The notes: a model not told the origin generated them from the letters alone. Counted from the first letter of the stretch, positions 39,694 through 49,482 are shown. The stretch: DNA of 64,000 nt from Longimicrobiales bacterium (GCA_965249725.1 CBDFMQ010000002.1:704001-768000); one strand, 5' to 3'. Program-made: numbers and translations.

Positions 39694-41238
39694 ATGCATA
39701 GGTCCGACCGAGTGCTGACCGGCTACGCCGCACGGCTCCTCGCGGTCTGCCTCGTCGCTGCGTGTGCCAGAGCGCAGGCGCCCCGCGGTGGGCCGCGGGA
39801 TCTTTCGGGGCCGCAGGTCGTCAGCACGTGGCCCGAACCGTTCGCGCAGGTCGAGGCATTCGACGACGCGATCCGAATCACGTACAACGAGCGGATCAGC
39901 GAACGGGGTGCGTCGGGTTCGCTGGACCAGGCGGTGCAGATCTCGCCCGAGTCCGGCGAGGTCGAAGTGCGCCACAAGAAGGACGGACTCGAGATCAAGA
40001 TGGAAGGTGGATTTCTGCCCGACATCGTGTATCGGGTCACGGTGCTGCCCACGGTCCAGGATCTCTTTCGAAACGCCATGCCGCAGCCCTTCGAGTTCGT
40101 GTTCTCTACCGGAGCCGAAATGCTGCCGAACGTCATCGCCGGCATGGTGTTCGATCGGCTCACATCCGAGGCGATGGACGGCGTGCGCGTCACCGCGCGA
40201 CATCAGCCTCTCGTCGTGGGCGGGTTGGGAGAGACCCAGGGACCGACCCACGTGGCGATCTCGGACAGCAGCGGTGTCTTCGCGTTTCGCTACCTGCCGC
40301 CGTTGGGCCGATATGTCCTCGAGGCGTTCGAGGATGCGAACCGGAACAAGGAGGCGGACTTCTTCGAGCCGGCCGGCAGCGGCTTTCAGGCCATCAGCGG
40401 ACCGGACACCGTATTTGCCGACCTGACCCTCCTGCGTCCCGATACCATCGCTGCCGTGATCAGCGACGCCGAGGCCGACGACTCCGTGACGGTGGCGGTC
40501 CAGTTCGACGACTACCTCGATCCCGATACGCCCTTGGACGGTGTGACGGCCGCGCTCTCACGCGACTCGGTTCCGGATCGGATCACCGTCTGGCAGCTCC
40601 TCCACGAACGGGAGTACCAGACGCGCGTCGAGGCCATCGAGGACTCTCTGTGGACGGCGGACTCCGTCTTGATCGTCGAGTCGGTGCGGGTGGTCGATTC
40701 GCTCCTGGCGGCCGGTGATACGGCCGCAGCCGATGAGGCACTCGCTGCGCGGCCGACCGTGGTGCCCGCACCTGCGGAGGGCCGAGGCGAGGACCCAGAC
40801 CGAGACCTGCCGAAGCGAACCATCTTCTTGCTCTTGAGTGATACGCTGATCTCCGATGAGACCTACGAGGTCACGGTGTCGGGCGTCATGAATATCAACG
40901 CGATCGCGGGTGGGGGCGGGACGGAGGAGTTCATGCGGGCCTCCCCGCCGGTGGATTCGGTAGCGATTGCGGACTCGATCGCTGCGGCCGACTCCCTGTC
41001 CGTGGCAGATTCTCTTCCTGCGGGGGACTCCCTAACCGCGGCTGACTCCGCCGCGGTGCCCGACTCGATACCGCCGGAGGTCGTGCAGCCGGACACGATC
41101 CGACCCGATACCGCGAGCGGCAATACGGCCGCGCGCGACCCCGTGCCGCCGGATCCACCCGGGTTCCTTCTCATCGGGGCGACGCTGCTCTGGGGGCGTC
41201 CGGACCCTGGCGGATCTGCAGGGGTGGAGGTGACATGA
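39694..41238 (+). CDS. Ig-like (Big_5-type) domain lipoprotein
   Basis: Lipobox VAAC followed by PRGGPRD, beta-rich domains, ADS-repeat tail. Confidence 0.7.
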   Translation: MHRSDRVLTGYAARLLAVCLVAACARAQAPRGGPRDLSGPQVVSTWPEPFAQVEAFDDAIRITYNERISERGASGSLDQAVQISPESGEVEVRHKKDGLEIKMEGGFLPDIVYRVTVLPTVQDLFRNAMPQPFEFVFSTGAEMLPNVIAGMVFDRLTSEAMDGVRVTARHQPLVVGGLGETQGPTHVAISDSSGVFAFRYLPPLGRYVLEAFEDANRNKEADFFEPAGSGFQAISGPDTVFADLTLLRPDTIAAVISDAEADDSVTVAVQFDDYLDPDTPLDGVTAALSRDSVPDRITVWQLLHEREYQTRVEAIEDSLWTADSVLIVESVRVVDSLLAAGDTAAADEALAARPTVVPAPAEGRGEDPDRDLPKRTIFLLLSDTLISDETYEVTVSGVMNINAIAGGGGTEEFMRASPPVDSVAIADSIAAADSLSVADSLPAGDSLTAADSAAVPDSIPPEVVQPDTIRPDTASGNTAARDPVPPDPPGFLLIGATLLWGRPDPGGSAGVEVT

Positions 41239-42620
41239 GCGACGCCCGGCGTCTCATTCCCGCGGTCGAGCAGATTCTCGAGTCACCCGAGTTCGAGGAT
41301 ATCTTGGCGACGCATCCCAGGGGACTCGTCGTGAGCCAACTCCGGGCGGAGGTCGAACGCGTCAGGCGAGATATCGGGGCGGGGAGGACCCCGGAGGACG
41401 TGGAGGTCGTTAGCCGCTTTGCCGAGGCCGTGCTCCGTCGTTTGGACCGAGCCATGACGCCTTCGCTCCGGCCCGTGATCAACGGCACGGGTGTGGTGCT
41501 CCACACCAACCTCGGCCGGGCGCCCTTGGCCCGGGCGGCGATCGAGGCGGTGGAGGGTGCTCTGGGCTACTCGAATCTCGAATACGATTTGGAGGCAGGC
41601 GCGAGGGGGTCTCGCTATGACCACTGTACCGCCCTCCTTCGGGAACTGACGGGGGCCGAGGACGCCGTCGTCGTCAACAACGGGGCCGCCGCCCTGGTTC
41701 TCGCCCTGAGCACGGTCGCCCACGGACGACGTGTGCTGGTATCCAGAGGTGAGCTCGTGGAGATCGGCGGCGGCTTCAGGATTCCAGAGATCATGGAGAG
41801 TTCTGGCGCCATTCTCAGTGAGGTCGGCAGCACCAATCGGACGCGCCTCGAGGACTACCGGGACGCCTTGTCCGAATCAGGGGCCGCGGCACTGATCCTC
41901 AAGGTGCATCGCTCCAATTTCCGCATCACCGGCTTCACCGAGGAGGCGACGCTCGAGGGCCTGGCCGAGCTCGGGAACGAGAAGGGGATCGCAGTGGTCC
42001 ACGATCTCGGTTCGGGGCTCATGATCGATGCGGCAAGCCTCGGCCTGCCGGACGAGCCTCGGCCCACCGAGAGCCTGGCGGCGGGAGTGGATGTGGTCGC
42101 CTTCTCCGGAGACAAGCTGCTGGGTGGTCCGCAGGCGGGGATCCTGATCGGCAAGCGAGACTGGATCGAGCGGATGCGGAAGAACCCGCTTTGCCGAGCA
42201 CTGCGTGTCGACAAGACCACGCTGCTGGCGCTCGAGGCTACGCTCCGGCTGTATCGAGAGCCCGAGCGGGCCATGCAGGAGATCCCGACTCTCGCCATGC
42301 TCTCGGCCGATCCCGAGGTGCTGAAGGCTCGAGCCGAGGCCCTCCGTGAGGGACTATCCGCCGGGGGTGTCGAGGCCGAGGTGGTGAAGATGGCCTCGGT
42401 GGTCGGAGGCGGGACGTTTCCGGGCGTCGAGTTGGCCAGCTACGGGGTCCGTATTCCATCGGGAGCGGTAGGGGCCGACACGATGGCCGGTACCCTCCGC
42501 TCCGCCGTCCCCCCGCTGGTCGGTCGGGTCGAGGACGAGGCACTCTGGATCGATCTGCGGACCGTACTCGATTGGCAAGACGCTTCAGTGCTCAGAATCC
42601 TCTCCGAACACATAGGCTGA
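41235..42620 (+). CDS. selA: L-seryl-tRNA(Sec) selenium transferase
   Basis: INGTGVVLHTNLGRA, SRGELVEIGGGFRIP, VHRSNF, FSGDKLLGGPQAG. Confidence 0.95.
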   Translation: MSDARRLIPAVEQILESPEFEDILATHPRGLVVSQLRAEVERVRRDIGAGRTPEDVEVVSRFAEAVLRRLDRAMTPSLRPVINGTGVVLHTNLGRAPLARAAIEAVEGALGYSNLEYDLEAGARGSRYDHCTALLRELTGAEDAVVVNNGAAALVLALSTVAHGRRVLVSRGELVEIGGGFRIPEIMESSGAILSEVGSTNRTRLEDYRDALSESGAAALILKVHRSNFRITGFTEEATLEGLAELGNEKGIAVVHDLGSGLMIDAASLGLPDEPRPTESLAAGVDVVAFSGDKLLGGPQAGILIGKRDWIERMRKNPLCRALRVDKTTLLALEATLRLYREPERAMQEIPTLAMLSADPEVLKARAEALREGLSAGGVEAEVVKMASVVGGGTFPGVELASYGVRIPSGAVGADTMAGTLRSAVPPLVGRVEDEALWIDLRTVLDWQDASVLRILSEHIG

Positions 42621-43177
42621 TGAGCGACGAGGCACGTCCCGCGGTTTTCCTCGACCGAGACGGCACGCTCATCGAAGAGAGGGTCTACCTGGCGGATCCG
42701 GACGGCGTCGCGGTGTTGTCTCAAACCACAGAGGCACTCCGGGCGCTCCGCGAGGCAGGGTACGCCCTCGTGGTCGTGACCAACCAGTCAGGGATCGCAC
42801 GCGGGCTGTACGGTGAGGGTGAGTATCGGGCCGTCGCCGCCCGGCTCGACTCGCTCCTGGCCGAGGCCGGGGCCGCCGTGGACCTGACCCTACACTGTCC
42901 CCACCACCCCGATTTCGGGGAACCTTGCCCCTGCCGCAAGCCAGGCACCGGGATGCACCGGGACGCCGCGGTGGCACTGGGACTCAGCCTGGCGGATTCC
43001 TACTACGTGGGTGACAAGGTAGCCGACGTGCTGCCCGCTGGAGAGCTCGGAGGACAGGGCGTGCTCGTCCGTACCGGGTACGGAGACGATGAAGCGTCGC
43101 GGGTGCCGGAGGGCGTCGTCGTCGTAGACGACATATTTGCGGTAGCGCGGTTCATTCTCGGGACGGAGGGGCGTTGA
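42620..43177 (+). CDS. gmhB: D-glycero-D-manno-heptose-1,7-bisphosphate phosphatase (HAD IIIA)
   Basis: FLDRDGT, VTNQSG, CPHHP..CPCRKP, VGDK. Confidence 0.85.
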   Translation: MSDEARPAVFLDRDGTLIEERVYLADPDGVAVLSQTTEALRALREAGYALVVVTNQSGIARGLYGEGEYRAVAARLDSLLAEAGAAVDLTLHCPHHPDFGEPCPCRKPGTGMHRDAAVALGLSLADSYYVGDKVADVLPAGELGGQGVLVRTGYGDDEASRVPEGVVVVDDIFAVARFILGTEGR

Positions 43178-43202
43178 CCCCCCCTTGGGCTCCCGGTAGC
43201 TT
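43174..43202 (+). promoter_or_regulatory. Candidate sigma70 promoter for the Fe-S carrier gene
   Basis: TTGACC - 17 bp - TAGCTT. Confidence 0.45.
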
Positions 43203-43288
43203 TTTGGCGTTTCAAGGAAGGCAATTCGCCGGCGATGAGAACGATCCGTGGGCGGTAGGGGTAAGAGATCCCCAGGAGAAGAAATCTT

Positions 43289-43633
43289 ATGGAAGGCATT
43301 GAAACACTGTTGAGCCTCACGCCGGATGCGGTGAGCAAGGTCCAGTCGTTCATTGAAGAGCAGGGAGCCTCGGGAGAGGCCGGTCTGCGCGTCGCGGTTC
43401 TTCCCGGCGGGTGCTCGGGTTTTCAGTACGGCCTGAACATCGAGGACGCCCCGGAGAGCGACGACGAGATCTTCGACCTTTCCGGTGTGAAGATCTTCGT
43501 GGATCCGTTCAGTGTTCAGTACCTGAGCGGTGTCGAGATCGACTATGTAACCAGCATGATGGGATCGGGCTTCACGTTCACGAACCCGAATGCCTCCGGT
43601 GGATGCGGCTGCGGAAGTTCATTCACCGCCTAG
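43289..43633 (+). CDS. A-type Fe-S cluster carrier (ErpA/IscA family)
   Basis: GGCSGFQY, NPNASGGCGCGSSF. Confidence 0.93.
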   Translation: MEGIETLLSLTPDAVSKVQSFIEEQGASGEAGLRVAVLPGGCSGFQYGLNIEDAPESDDEIFDLSGVKIFVDPFSVQYLSGVEIDYVTSMMGSGFTFTNPNASGGCGCGSSFTA

Positions 43634-43660
43634 AGTTCCGAGCACGGATTCGGATGTACC

Positions 43661-43696
43661 GGCTCGTAGGTGAGATTCCTACGGGCCACTCTTTTT
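43661..43696 (+). terminator. Probable intrinsic terminator
   Basis: GGCTCGTAGG...CCTACGGGCC stem, then ACTCTTTTT. Confidence 0.6.
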
Positions 43697-43715
43697 GGGG
43701 TCATGCCTGAATACG

Positions 43716-44366
43716 ATGCGCTTTCAAGCCTTCACAGCCGGGAACTTCGCCGAGAACGGGTACGTCGCGTGGTGTGAGACCACCGGCGAGTGCGTCGTCG
43801 TGGACCCCGGCGCCTGCGCCTCCCAGATGGTCGCCGCGATCGAGGCCGAGGGCAGTGACCTGGTCGCGGTCCTGTTGACGCACGCCCATCTCGATCACGT
43901 AGAGGGTCTGGGCGTCATTCGGGATTTCGCGGACGTACCTACGTACCTGCACCCCGCCGACCGACCCCTCTTCGACGGCGTGCCGGCTCAAGCGGCCATG
44001 TTCGGCCTCCAGGCGCCGGCGTTGGATCCGCCCGAGGAGGAGTTCCAGGACGGGGACACCTACCGCTTCGGTGCATCGGCTTTTCAGGTCATTCACACAC
44101 CCGGGCATTCGCCGGGCCACGTCATCCTCGTGGCCGCCGATGACGACCTGGCGATCGTCGGGGACCTCGTCTTTGCGGGCTCGGTCGGGAGAACCGATCT
44201 TCCGGGTGGTGACTACCACGCTCTCTTCAACAGCATTCGCCGGCACGTCCTGACCATGTCCGATGACACCCGACTCCTGACCGGCCATGGACCCCCGACC
44301 ACCGTTGGGCACGAGCGTGTGGGCAACCCCTTTCTGACCCCGCACTACGGAGGGGAGCTGGCGTGA
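43716..44366 (+). CDS. MBL-fold metallo-hydrolase (glyoxalase II-like)
   Basis: THAHLDH, HTPGHSPG, GRTDLPGG, GHGP. Confidence 0.9.
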   Translation: MRFQAFTAGNFAENGYVAWCETTGECVVVDPGACASQMVAAIEAEGSDLVAVLLTHAHLDHVEGLGVIRDFADVPTYLHPADRPLFDGVPAQAAMFGLQAPALDPPEEEFQDGDTYRFGASAFQVIHTPGHSPGHVILVAADDDLAIVGDLVFAGSVGRTDLPGGDYHALFNSIRRHVLTMSDDTRLLTGHGPPTTVGHERVGNPFLTPHYGGELA

Positions 44367-45037
44367 CGCTTCCTGTTCCCGTGGCCGTGTTTGCGTCGGG
44401 CGGGGGAACGAATCTCCAGGCACTTCTGGATCACGAGGCGGGGAACGAGGCTTACCGGGTCGTGGCAGTCATCGCGGATCGCCCGGATGCCGGGGCGCTC
44501 GATCGGGCCAGGGAAGCCGGCCGGGACGCATCGGTGATCAACCCGAAGGATCGCTCCCAGGAAGAGATCGGGGACGAGATTCTCCGTCACCTCCGGGATC
44601 GCGACGTGCGGGTCATCGCACTGGCCGGGTATCTCAGACTGATCCCGGCGGCCGTTGTGGCGGCCTATCCCAGACGCATCCTCAACATCCATCCCGCGCT
44701 GCTTCCGGCGTTCGGTGGGAAGGGCATGTACGGGGCGCGGGTCCATCAGGCGGTTGTGGCCGAGGGGGCCAAGGTGACCGGAGCGACCGTCCATTATGTC
44801 GATGAGAAGTACGACACCGGAGCCATGGTAGCCCAGTGGCCCGTCCCGGTGCTCCCGGAAGACGATGCCGATGCCGTCGCCGCACGCGTGCTCGAGGTCG
44901 AGCATCTTCTGTATCCCGCCGTGCTCGAACACGTGTGTCGAGCCGTAGCGGAGGGCAGGGATCCCGAGCCGTTCGCCCTGGCCTCCATCGATTCCCATAT
45001 GCATGTCAGGACTGACAACGCAAGAGCAAGCGAATAG
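44363..45037 (+). CDS. purN: Phosphoribosylglycinamide formyltransferase
   Basis: ASGGGTNLQA, LAGY, NIHPALLP, GATVH..DTG. Confidence 0.93.
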   Translation: MTLPVPVAVFASGGGTNLQALLDHEAGNEAYRVVAVIADRPDAGALDRAREAGRDASVINPKDRSQEEIGDEILRHLRDRDVRVIALAGYLRLIPAAVVAAYPRRILNIHPALLPAFGGKGMYGARVHQAVVAEGAKVTGATVHYVDEKYDTGAMVAQWPVPVLPEDDADAVAARVLEVEHLLYPAVLEHVCRAVAEGRDPEPFALASIDSHMHVRTDNARASE

Positions 45038-45054
45038 AGGAGAGCGAGCTAGAC

Positions 45055-46764
45055 ATGAAGCGACGAGCGCTGCTTAGCGTGTCCGATAAATCCGGTATCG
45101 AATCTCTGGCCAGATCACTGGTCGATGCCGGGTGGGAGATCCTGTCGACCGGCGGCACCGCCGGTGCGGTGCGGGACGCCGGTCTGCCCGTGACCGAGGT
45201 AGCTGAGGTGACCGGTCATCCGGAGATGATGGAGGGGCGCGTGAAGACGCTGCATCCCGCCGTTCACGCTGGCCTGCTGGCCCGTCGCGATCGGCCGGAT
45301 GACATGGCCGCCCTCGAGGAACAGGGATACGCACCCATCGACTTGGTGGCCGTGAACCTCTACCCGTTCCGGGAGACCGTGGCTCATGGTGACGTGCCGG
45401 TGGGCGAAGCCATGTCCAAGGTGGACATCGGCGGACCCACCATGATCCGCGCGGCCGCCAAGAGCCATGCAGACGTGCTCGTGATGGTGGATCCCTCGGA
45501 CTACGACCGGGTGCTGAATGCTCTGGCGGAGGGCGACGCCGTGGACGGTGCCCTACGTCGAGAGCTCGCCGCCAAGGTCTTCCGGCACATCAGTGAGTAT
45601 GACGCCACCGTGGCGACCTACCTGGAGGCGGGATCCGACGGAGCCGACGCCGGGACGGATGCCCGAGCGGAGGCCGGGCTGGAGGCCAAGGAGTCCGACG
45701 CCGGCCTACCCGATGCTCTGTCCCTGGATTTCGAGCTGGTGCAAGGCCTGCGGTACGGTGAGAACCCCGGCCAGGATGCCGCCTTCTACCGGAAGCTTGG
45801 TGGGCAGGATGGCCTGGCTGGGCTCGAGCAACTCCACGGCAAGGATCTCTCCTACAACAACCTGCTGGATCTCGACGGCGCACTACTGTCTCTGGCTCCC
45901 TTCGCGTACTCTCCGCGGCCCGCCGTATGCATCGTCAAGCACACGACGCCGTGTGGGCTGGCCGTAGCGGGAACCGTGGTCGAGGCGTACGAACGTGCCC
46001 TGCGAACGGACGGCGTCAGCGCCTTCGGGTCGGTCATCGCGGTAAACCGGCGAATCGACACGGAAACGGCCCAAGCCATGTCAGGGTTGTTCATCGAATG
46101 CGTCGTGGCGCCGGCCTACGACGACGAGGCCATCGAAGTGCTGACGCAGAAGAAGAACGTACGGTTGCTGGTCTGCGGCGGAATCGGCGAGACGATCGAG
46201 GGCGAACCACCCGAGGACTGGTGGGGCAGGGCGCCCGAAGAGGTACGTCGAACCGGTCGCTTCCTAGCGGAGCACGGACGCCGACCTGAAGCTCTCGCCC
46301 TACGAAGCGTATACGGTGGAATGCTGACGCAGACACCACCACCACCACCGTTCTACGGGCTGAGCAACGTGGATTGGTCCGTCGCCACCGACAGGAGTCC
46401 GGACGAGGCCGAATGGGACGATCTCCGGTTCGCCTGGGCCGCCGTGTTCGGCGTGAAGTCCAACGCGATCTTGTTTGCCAGCGGAGGAGCCACGTTGGGG
46501 ATCGGCGCCGGTCAGATGAGCCGAGTGGATTCCTCGCGCATAGCCGTCCAGAAGGCGGCGGATGCCGGCCTGGACCTGACCGGTGCCGTGCTGGCATCCG
46601 ACGCGTTCTTCCCGTTCCGGGACGGTGTGGACGCTGCTGCGGAAGCCGGCGTGCGGGCCATCGTGCAGCCCGGGGGATCGATGCGGGACGATGAGGTCAT
46701 CGAGGCCGCGAACGAACACGGTATGGCGATGGTGTTTACCGGGCAGCGGCTCTTCCGACATTAA
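45055..46764 (+). CDS. purH: Bifunctional AICAR transformylase / IMP cyclohydrolase
   Basis: [46 protein letters not shown]. Confidence 0.95.
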   Translation: MKRRALLSVSDKSGIESLARSLVDAGWEILSTGGTAGAVRDAGLPVTEVAEVTGHPEMMEGRVKTLHPAVHAGLLARRDRPDDMAALEEQGYAPIDLVAVNLYPFRETVAHGDVPVGEAMSKVDIGGPTMIRAAAKSHADVLVMVDPSDYDRVLNALAEGDAVDGALRRELAAKVFRHISEYDATVATYLEAGSDGADAGTDARAEAGLEAKESDAGLPDALSLDFELVQGLRYGENPGQDAAFYRKLGGQDGLAGLEQLHGKDLSYNNLLDLDGALLSLAPFAYSPRPAVCIVKHTTPCGLAVAGTVVEAYERALRTDGVSAFGSVIAVNRRIDTETAQAMSGLFIECVVAPAYDDEAIEVLTQKKNVRLLVCGGIGETIEGEPPEDWWGRAPEEVRRTGRFLAEHGRRPEALALRSVYGGMLTQTPPPPPFYGLSNVDWSVATDRSPDEAEWDDLRFAWAAVFGVKSNAILFASGGATLGIGAGQMSRVDSSRIAVQKAADAGLDLTGAVLASDAFFPFRDGVDAAAEAGVRAIVQPGGSMRDDEVIEAANEHGMAMVFTGQRLFRH

Positions 46765-46845
46765 TCAAGCCCTCGGTCGGATCACGCGCAGCCTCTTTAC
46801 ACGACGCGTGTGAATCCCTGAGGTTCTTCAAGCCAGAAGCTACCT

Positions 46846-46929
46846 GGAGGGGTGGCAGAGCGGTTCAATGCACCAGTCTTGAAAACTGGCGGGCGCAAGC
46901 CTACGCGGGTTCGAATCCCGCCCCCTCCG
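46846..46929 (+). tRNA. tRNA-Ser (anticodon TGA); CCA not encoded
   Basis: GGAGGGG/CCCCTCC acceptor stem, CCAGT-CTTGAAA-ACTGG anticodon arm, long variable arm, GCGGG-TTCGAAT-CCCGC T-arm. Confidence 0.95.
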
Positions 46930-47267
46930 CTACATAGATTTGTTCGCATTCGAACCCGCGCGCTCTTCAAAGAAGAGCGCCAGCGGGCTCGAGCCGAGCG
47001 GTCAGCCAAGCAGACCGCGCATGCGGCCCTGCCGGTCTCCCGTGAGACGACGTCGAGAAGCGACGTCAATCCCGTCGCCTCCGCTACATAGATTTGTTCG
47101 CATTCGAGCCCGCGACACTCAACTCATCTGGCCTCCGATGAACCCGGGGCGGTTCAAAGAGCGCCAGCGGGCTCGAGTCGAGCGGTCAGCCAAGCAGACC
47201 GCGCATGCGACCCTGCCGGTCTCCCGCGAGACGACGTCGCAAAGCGACGTCAATCCCGTCCCCTCCG
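46914..47267 (+). repeat. Two tandem structured repeat units (periods 154 and 184 bp), each ending in a copy of the tRNA-Ser 3' end
   Basis: AATCCCG(C/T)C(C/G)CCTCCG at 46914, 47068 and 47252; near-identical intervening sequence. Confidence 0.92.
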
Positions 47268-47487
47268 GCTCAGAGTACCGTCCGAACGCAGTCAAACTAA
47301 GTTGAACAGCGCAGTTTAAGACAATATTGGAGCGGCAGGATTACGGATCGGGGAATCTCAGACGTGAAGATTGTCGGGGTATCTGTTGCGTCCGAGGTGG
47401 GATCGTGCCGATGATGGGGCGGTTGGTGAAGTACAACTTGACGAGCAACGTTCACCAAGGGCTGCGGACCGGACCCAGGTGGAGAGG

Positions 47488-47987
47488 TCAGCCCCCGTCT
47501 CCGAGCAGCTCTCGCGCTTCATCTTCGGAAAGCCCCACCTCGGCCACGTCCTCACTGGTCTCGAGCAATTCTCGGTCCTCTGCCCTTCTGGCTAGGGCCA
47601 GCGAACCAGCAGCAGAGCCCGCGCCGGCCACCGCGAAGATGGGGCCCAGGCCCACCAGGTTCCATAAGAAAGCGGGGTCCTCTGCAAGGGCCACGGCCAA
47701 GACGCGGACAGCAGGAACCCCCCAGCGGCCCCCCACCCCGCAAAGCGTGGAAGGGACATCTGATCGAACCGGCGACGACCCTCAACAAGACCCAGGACCC
47801 CTGAGAAGGTGACGCCGGCAACAAAGCCGAAGGCACCAAACAAGAGGGGATAGGGGACGTCGGCGCCGGTACTACCAGTTACCAGCAGAAGCCCCAGCAG
47901 CATGATCATGCCCGCGCCGAACCATGCTGCTGCCCAGGTCAGGCCCGTCCCGATGGCGCCGCGGACGCGTCTCAGCCACTTCTTCAT
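47488..47987 (-). pseudogene. Frameshifted membrane protein gene
   Basis: MKKWLRRVRGAIGTGLTW...FLLSA continues in another frame as VLAVALAEDP...ELLGDGG; shift near 47704. Confidence 0.65.
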
Positions 47988-48147
47988 TACCACCCCCCTC
48001 TGTACTTGGACCTGCTGCAAGCGATGCCGCCGCCGATTCAGCTACAAGTACTTTACGTTACAAAGTAGGCGCCAGGGAAGCGGGGGCCAAGAGGGCGGAC
48101 CGACCAGGTCCGACGATGCCCTAGGTGCCCAGGACGAGAAGGCACCT

Positions 48148-48833
48148 CTACCGCTGCGGCGTGAACAGCGCACGCACAGCACGGGCGAGGCGGCGAGCGG
48201 TAGCGACCCGAGCGACCTGCCACCCGAGTCGCTGCCTGATCAGTTCGTAGGACTGCGATAGCCAGCTGTCGGGCGCGTACGTGACGTGGCTCACGACGGT
48301 CCGGACGAAGGTGCCCCTCAGCCAACGGTTCGCTCCGGCGGGGATCGATCCGTGACGAATGGGCCGGAGACCCGACTGTGAGGAGCGTGGAGCGAGACCG
48401 GCGTAGCTGACCAGGTGGCCCGGCGTGCGAAATCGCTTGATAGGCAATGTCTCGGTGGCGATGAGCAGTGCCCGGTAGGGACCGATGCCCGGGACGGTCT
48501 CGAGCAATGCTACGGCCGGGATCTCTCGGCCCACGTGCTCGACCCTACGATCGAGGGTTTTGATCATCGGTACGATTTGGTCGATGAGAGCTCCAGGGGC
48601 TGATACTGCTGGAGCAGATCATCGAGTCGATCCTCTTGCGTGTTCTTGATCCGGATGGGTCCGGCCACCAGCTGACCCGTATTGCTCACGATGGCGATCA
48701 CCGAATACGTTGCGTGAGCATCGATTCCTGCGACAAACATGGCTGGCCTCCTTGGGTTGAGTGCCGCAGGCCTTTGAGCAAAGTTCAGCGTAACGCTCCG
48801 CTCGAGTGAGGTCAGCCCTTCGCCTTATAAGAT
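48148..48833 (-). mobile_element. Internally deleted IS1111-type (IS110 family) remnant abutting an attC right half
   Basis: ATG at 48740 gives MFVAGIDAHATYSV..PLE, fused out of frame at ~48591 to LIDQIVPMIKT..; same 13-bp IR CCTTCGCCTTATA at 48817-48829. Confidence 0.9.
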
Positions 48834-48854
48834 CAGAATCGCAATCCGTTAGGC
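48834..48854 (+). other. attC right half (L'-R', GTTAGGC)
   Basis: CAGAATCGCAATCCGTTAGGC; GTTRRRY core; complementary to left arm at 49862. Confidence 0.75.
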
Positions 48855-48886
48855 TGCACAAAACGTTCAAGCGCATCGGAGACAAG

Positions 48887-49411
48887 ATGAGGCCAAGGGG
48901 AAGAGTCCCATGCATGACCGCCCTCTTGGGTGGAGTTATCGTGCTGCTAGGTGCTTGCCAAGTCGCACCCCCAGAAAGTACGACGGACCCGCATGTGGAG
49001 GGTGGGACGGATGTGGAGCGGGGTCGATACGTGACCATCATCGGCGGCTGTAACGACCGTCATACGGATGGTTATCTCCAAGCGGAGGGGAATATCCCAG
49101 AGGATCAGTGGCTCCTCGGGTCACCCCTGGGGTGGCGCGGTCCTTGGGGCACTACCTATCCACCGAACCTCCGACTCTCGGTGCAGGGAATGGACGAGAA
49201 TCAGTGGGTCGGAATGCTCCACACACGAACCGCTCTGCCACCGATGCCCTGGATGAACACAAGCCAAATGGCCGAGCCGGACGCACGTGCTCTTTTCCGG
49301 TACATCGTTTCACTCGGGCCTGGAGGAGAGGCGATGCCTCCTGCTCTTCCCCCCGATGTCGAGCCGACGACACCGTATCTATCGTTGCTGCCCATCGTCC
49401 CAGGGAACTGA
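48887..49411 (+). CDS. Cytochrome c-like lipoprotein with broken heme motif (CNDRH); cassette-like gene
   Basis: Lipobox LGAC, ERGRY..GGCNDRHT, GPWGTTYPPNL, PPMPW. Confidence 0.7.
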   Translation: MRPRGRVPCMTALLGGVIVLLGACQVAPPESTTDPHVEGGTDVERGRYVTIIGGCNDRHTDGYLQAEGNIPEDQWLLGSPLGWRGPWGTTYPPNLRLSVQGMDENQWVGMLHTRTALPPMPWMNTSQMAEPDARALFRYIVSLGPGGEAMPPALPPDVEPTTPYLSLLPIVPGN

Positions 49412-49413
49412 TA

Positions 49414-49433
49414 AGAATCGCAATCCGTTAGGC
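49414..49433 (+). other. attC right half (left arm missing)
   Basis: AGAATCGCAATCCGTTAGGC, 20 bp identical to 48835-48854. Confidence 0.75.
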
Positions 49434-49482
49434 ACCGTTATCGTACGCGTGCTGCTCTGGAATCCTCACAAAAGGACCCAAT

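Noticed and set aside
41235..46764. Selenoprotein (UGA readthrough) near selA
   Set aside because: Neighbouring ORFs are complete, with Cys at the expected positions and no in-frame TGA needing recoding.
46914..47267. CRISPR array
   Set aside because: Only two long units, repeats much longer than the variable part, anchored on a tRNA end, and no cas genes.
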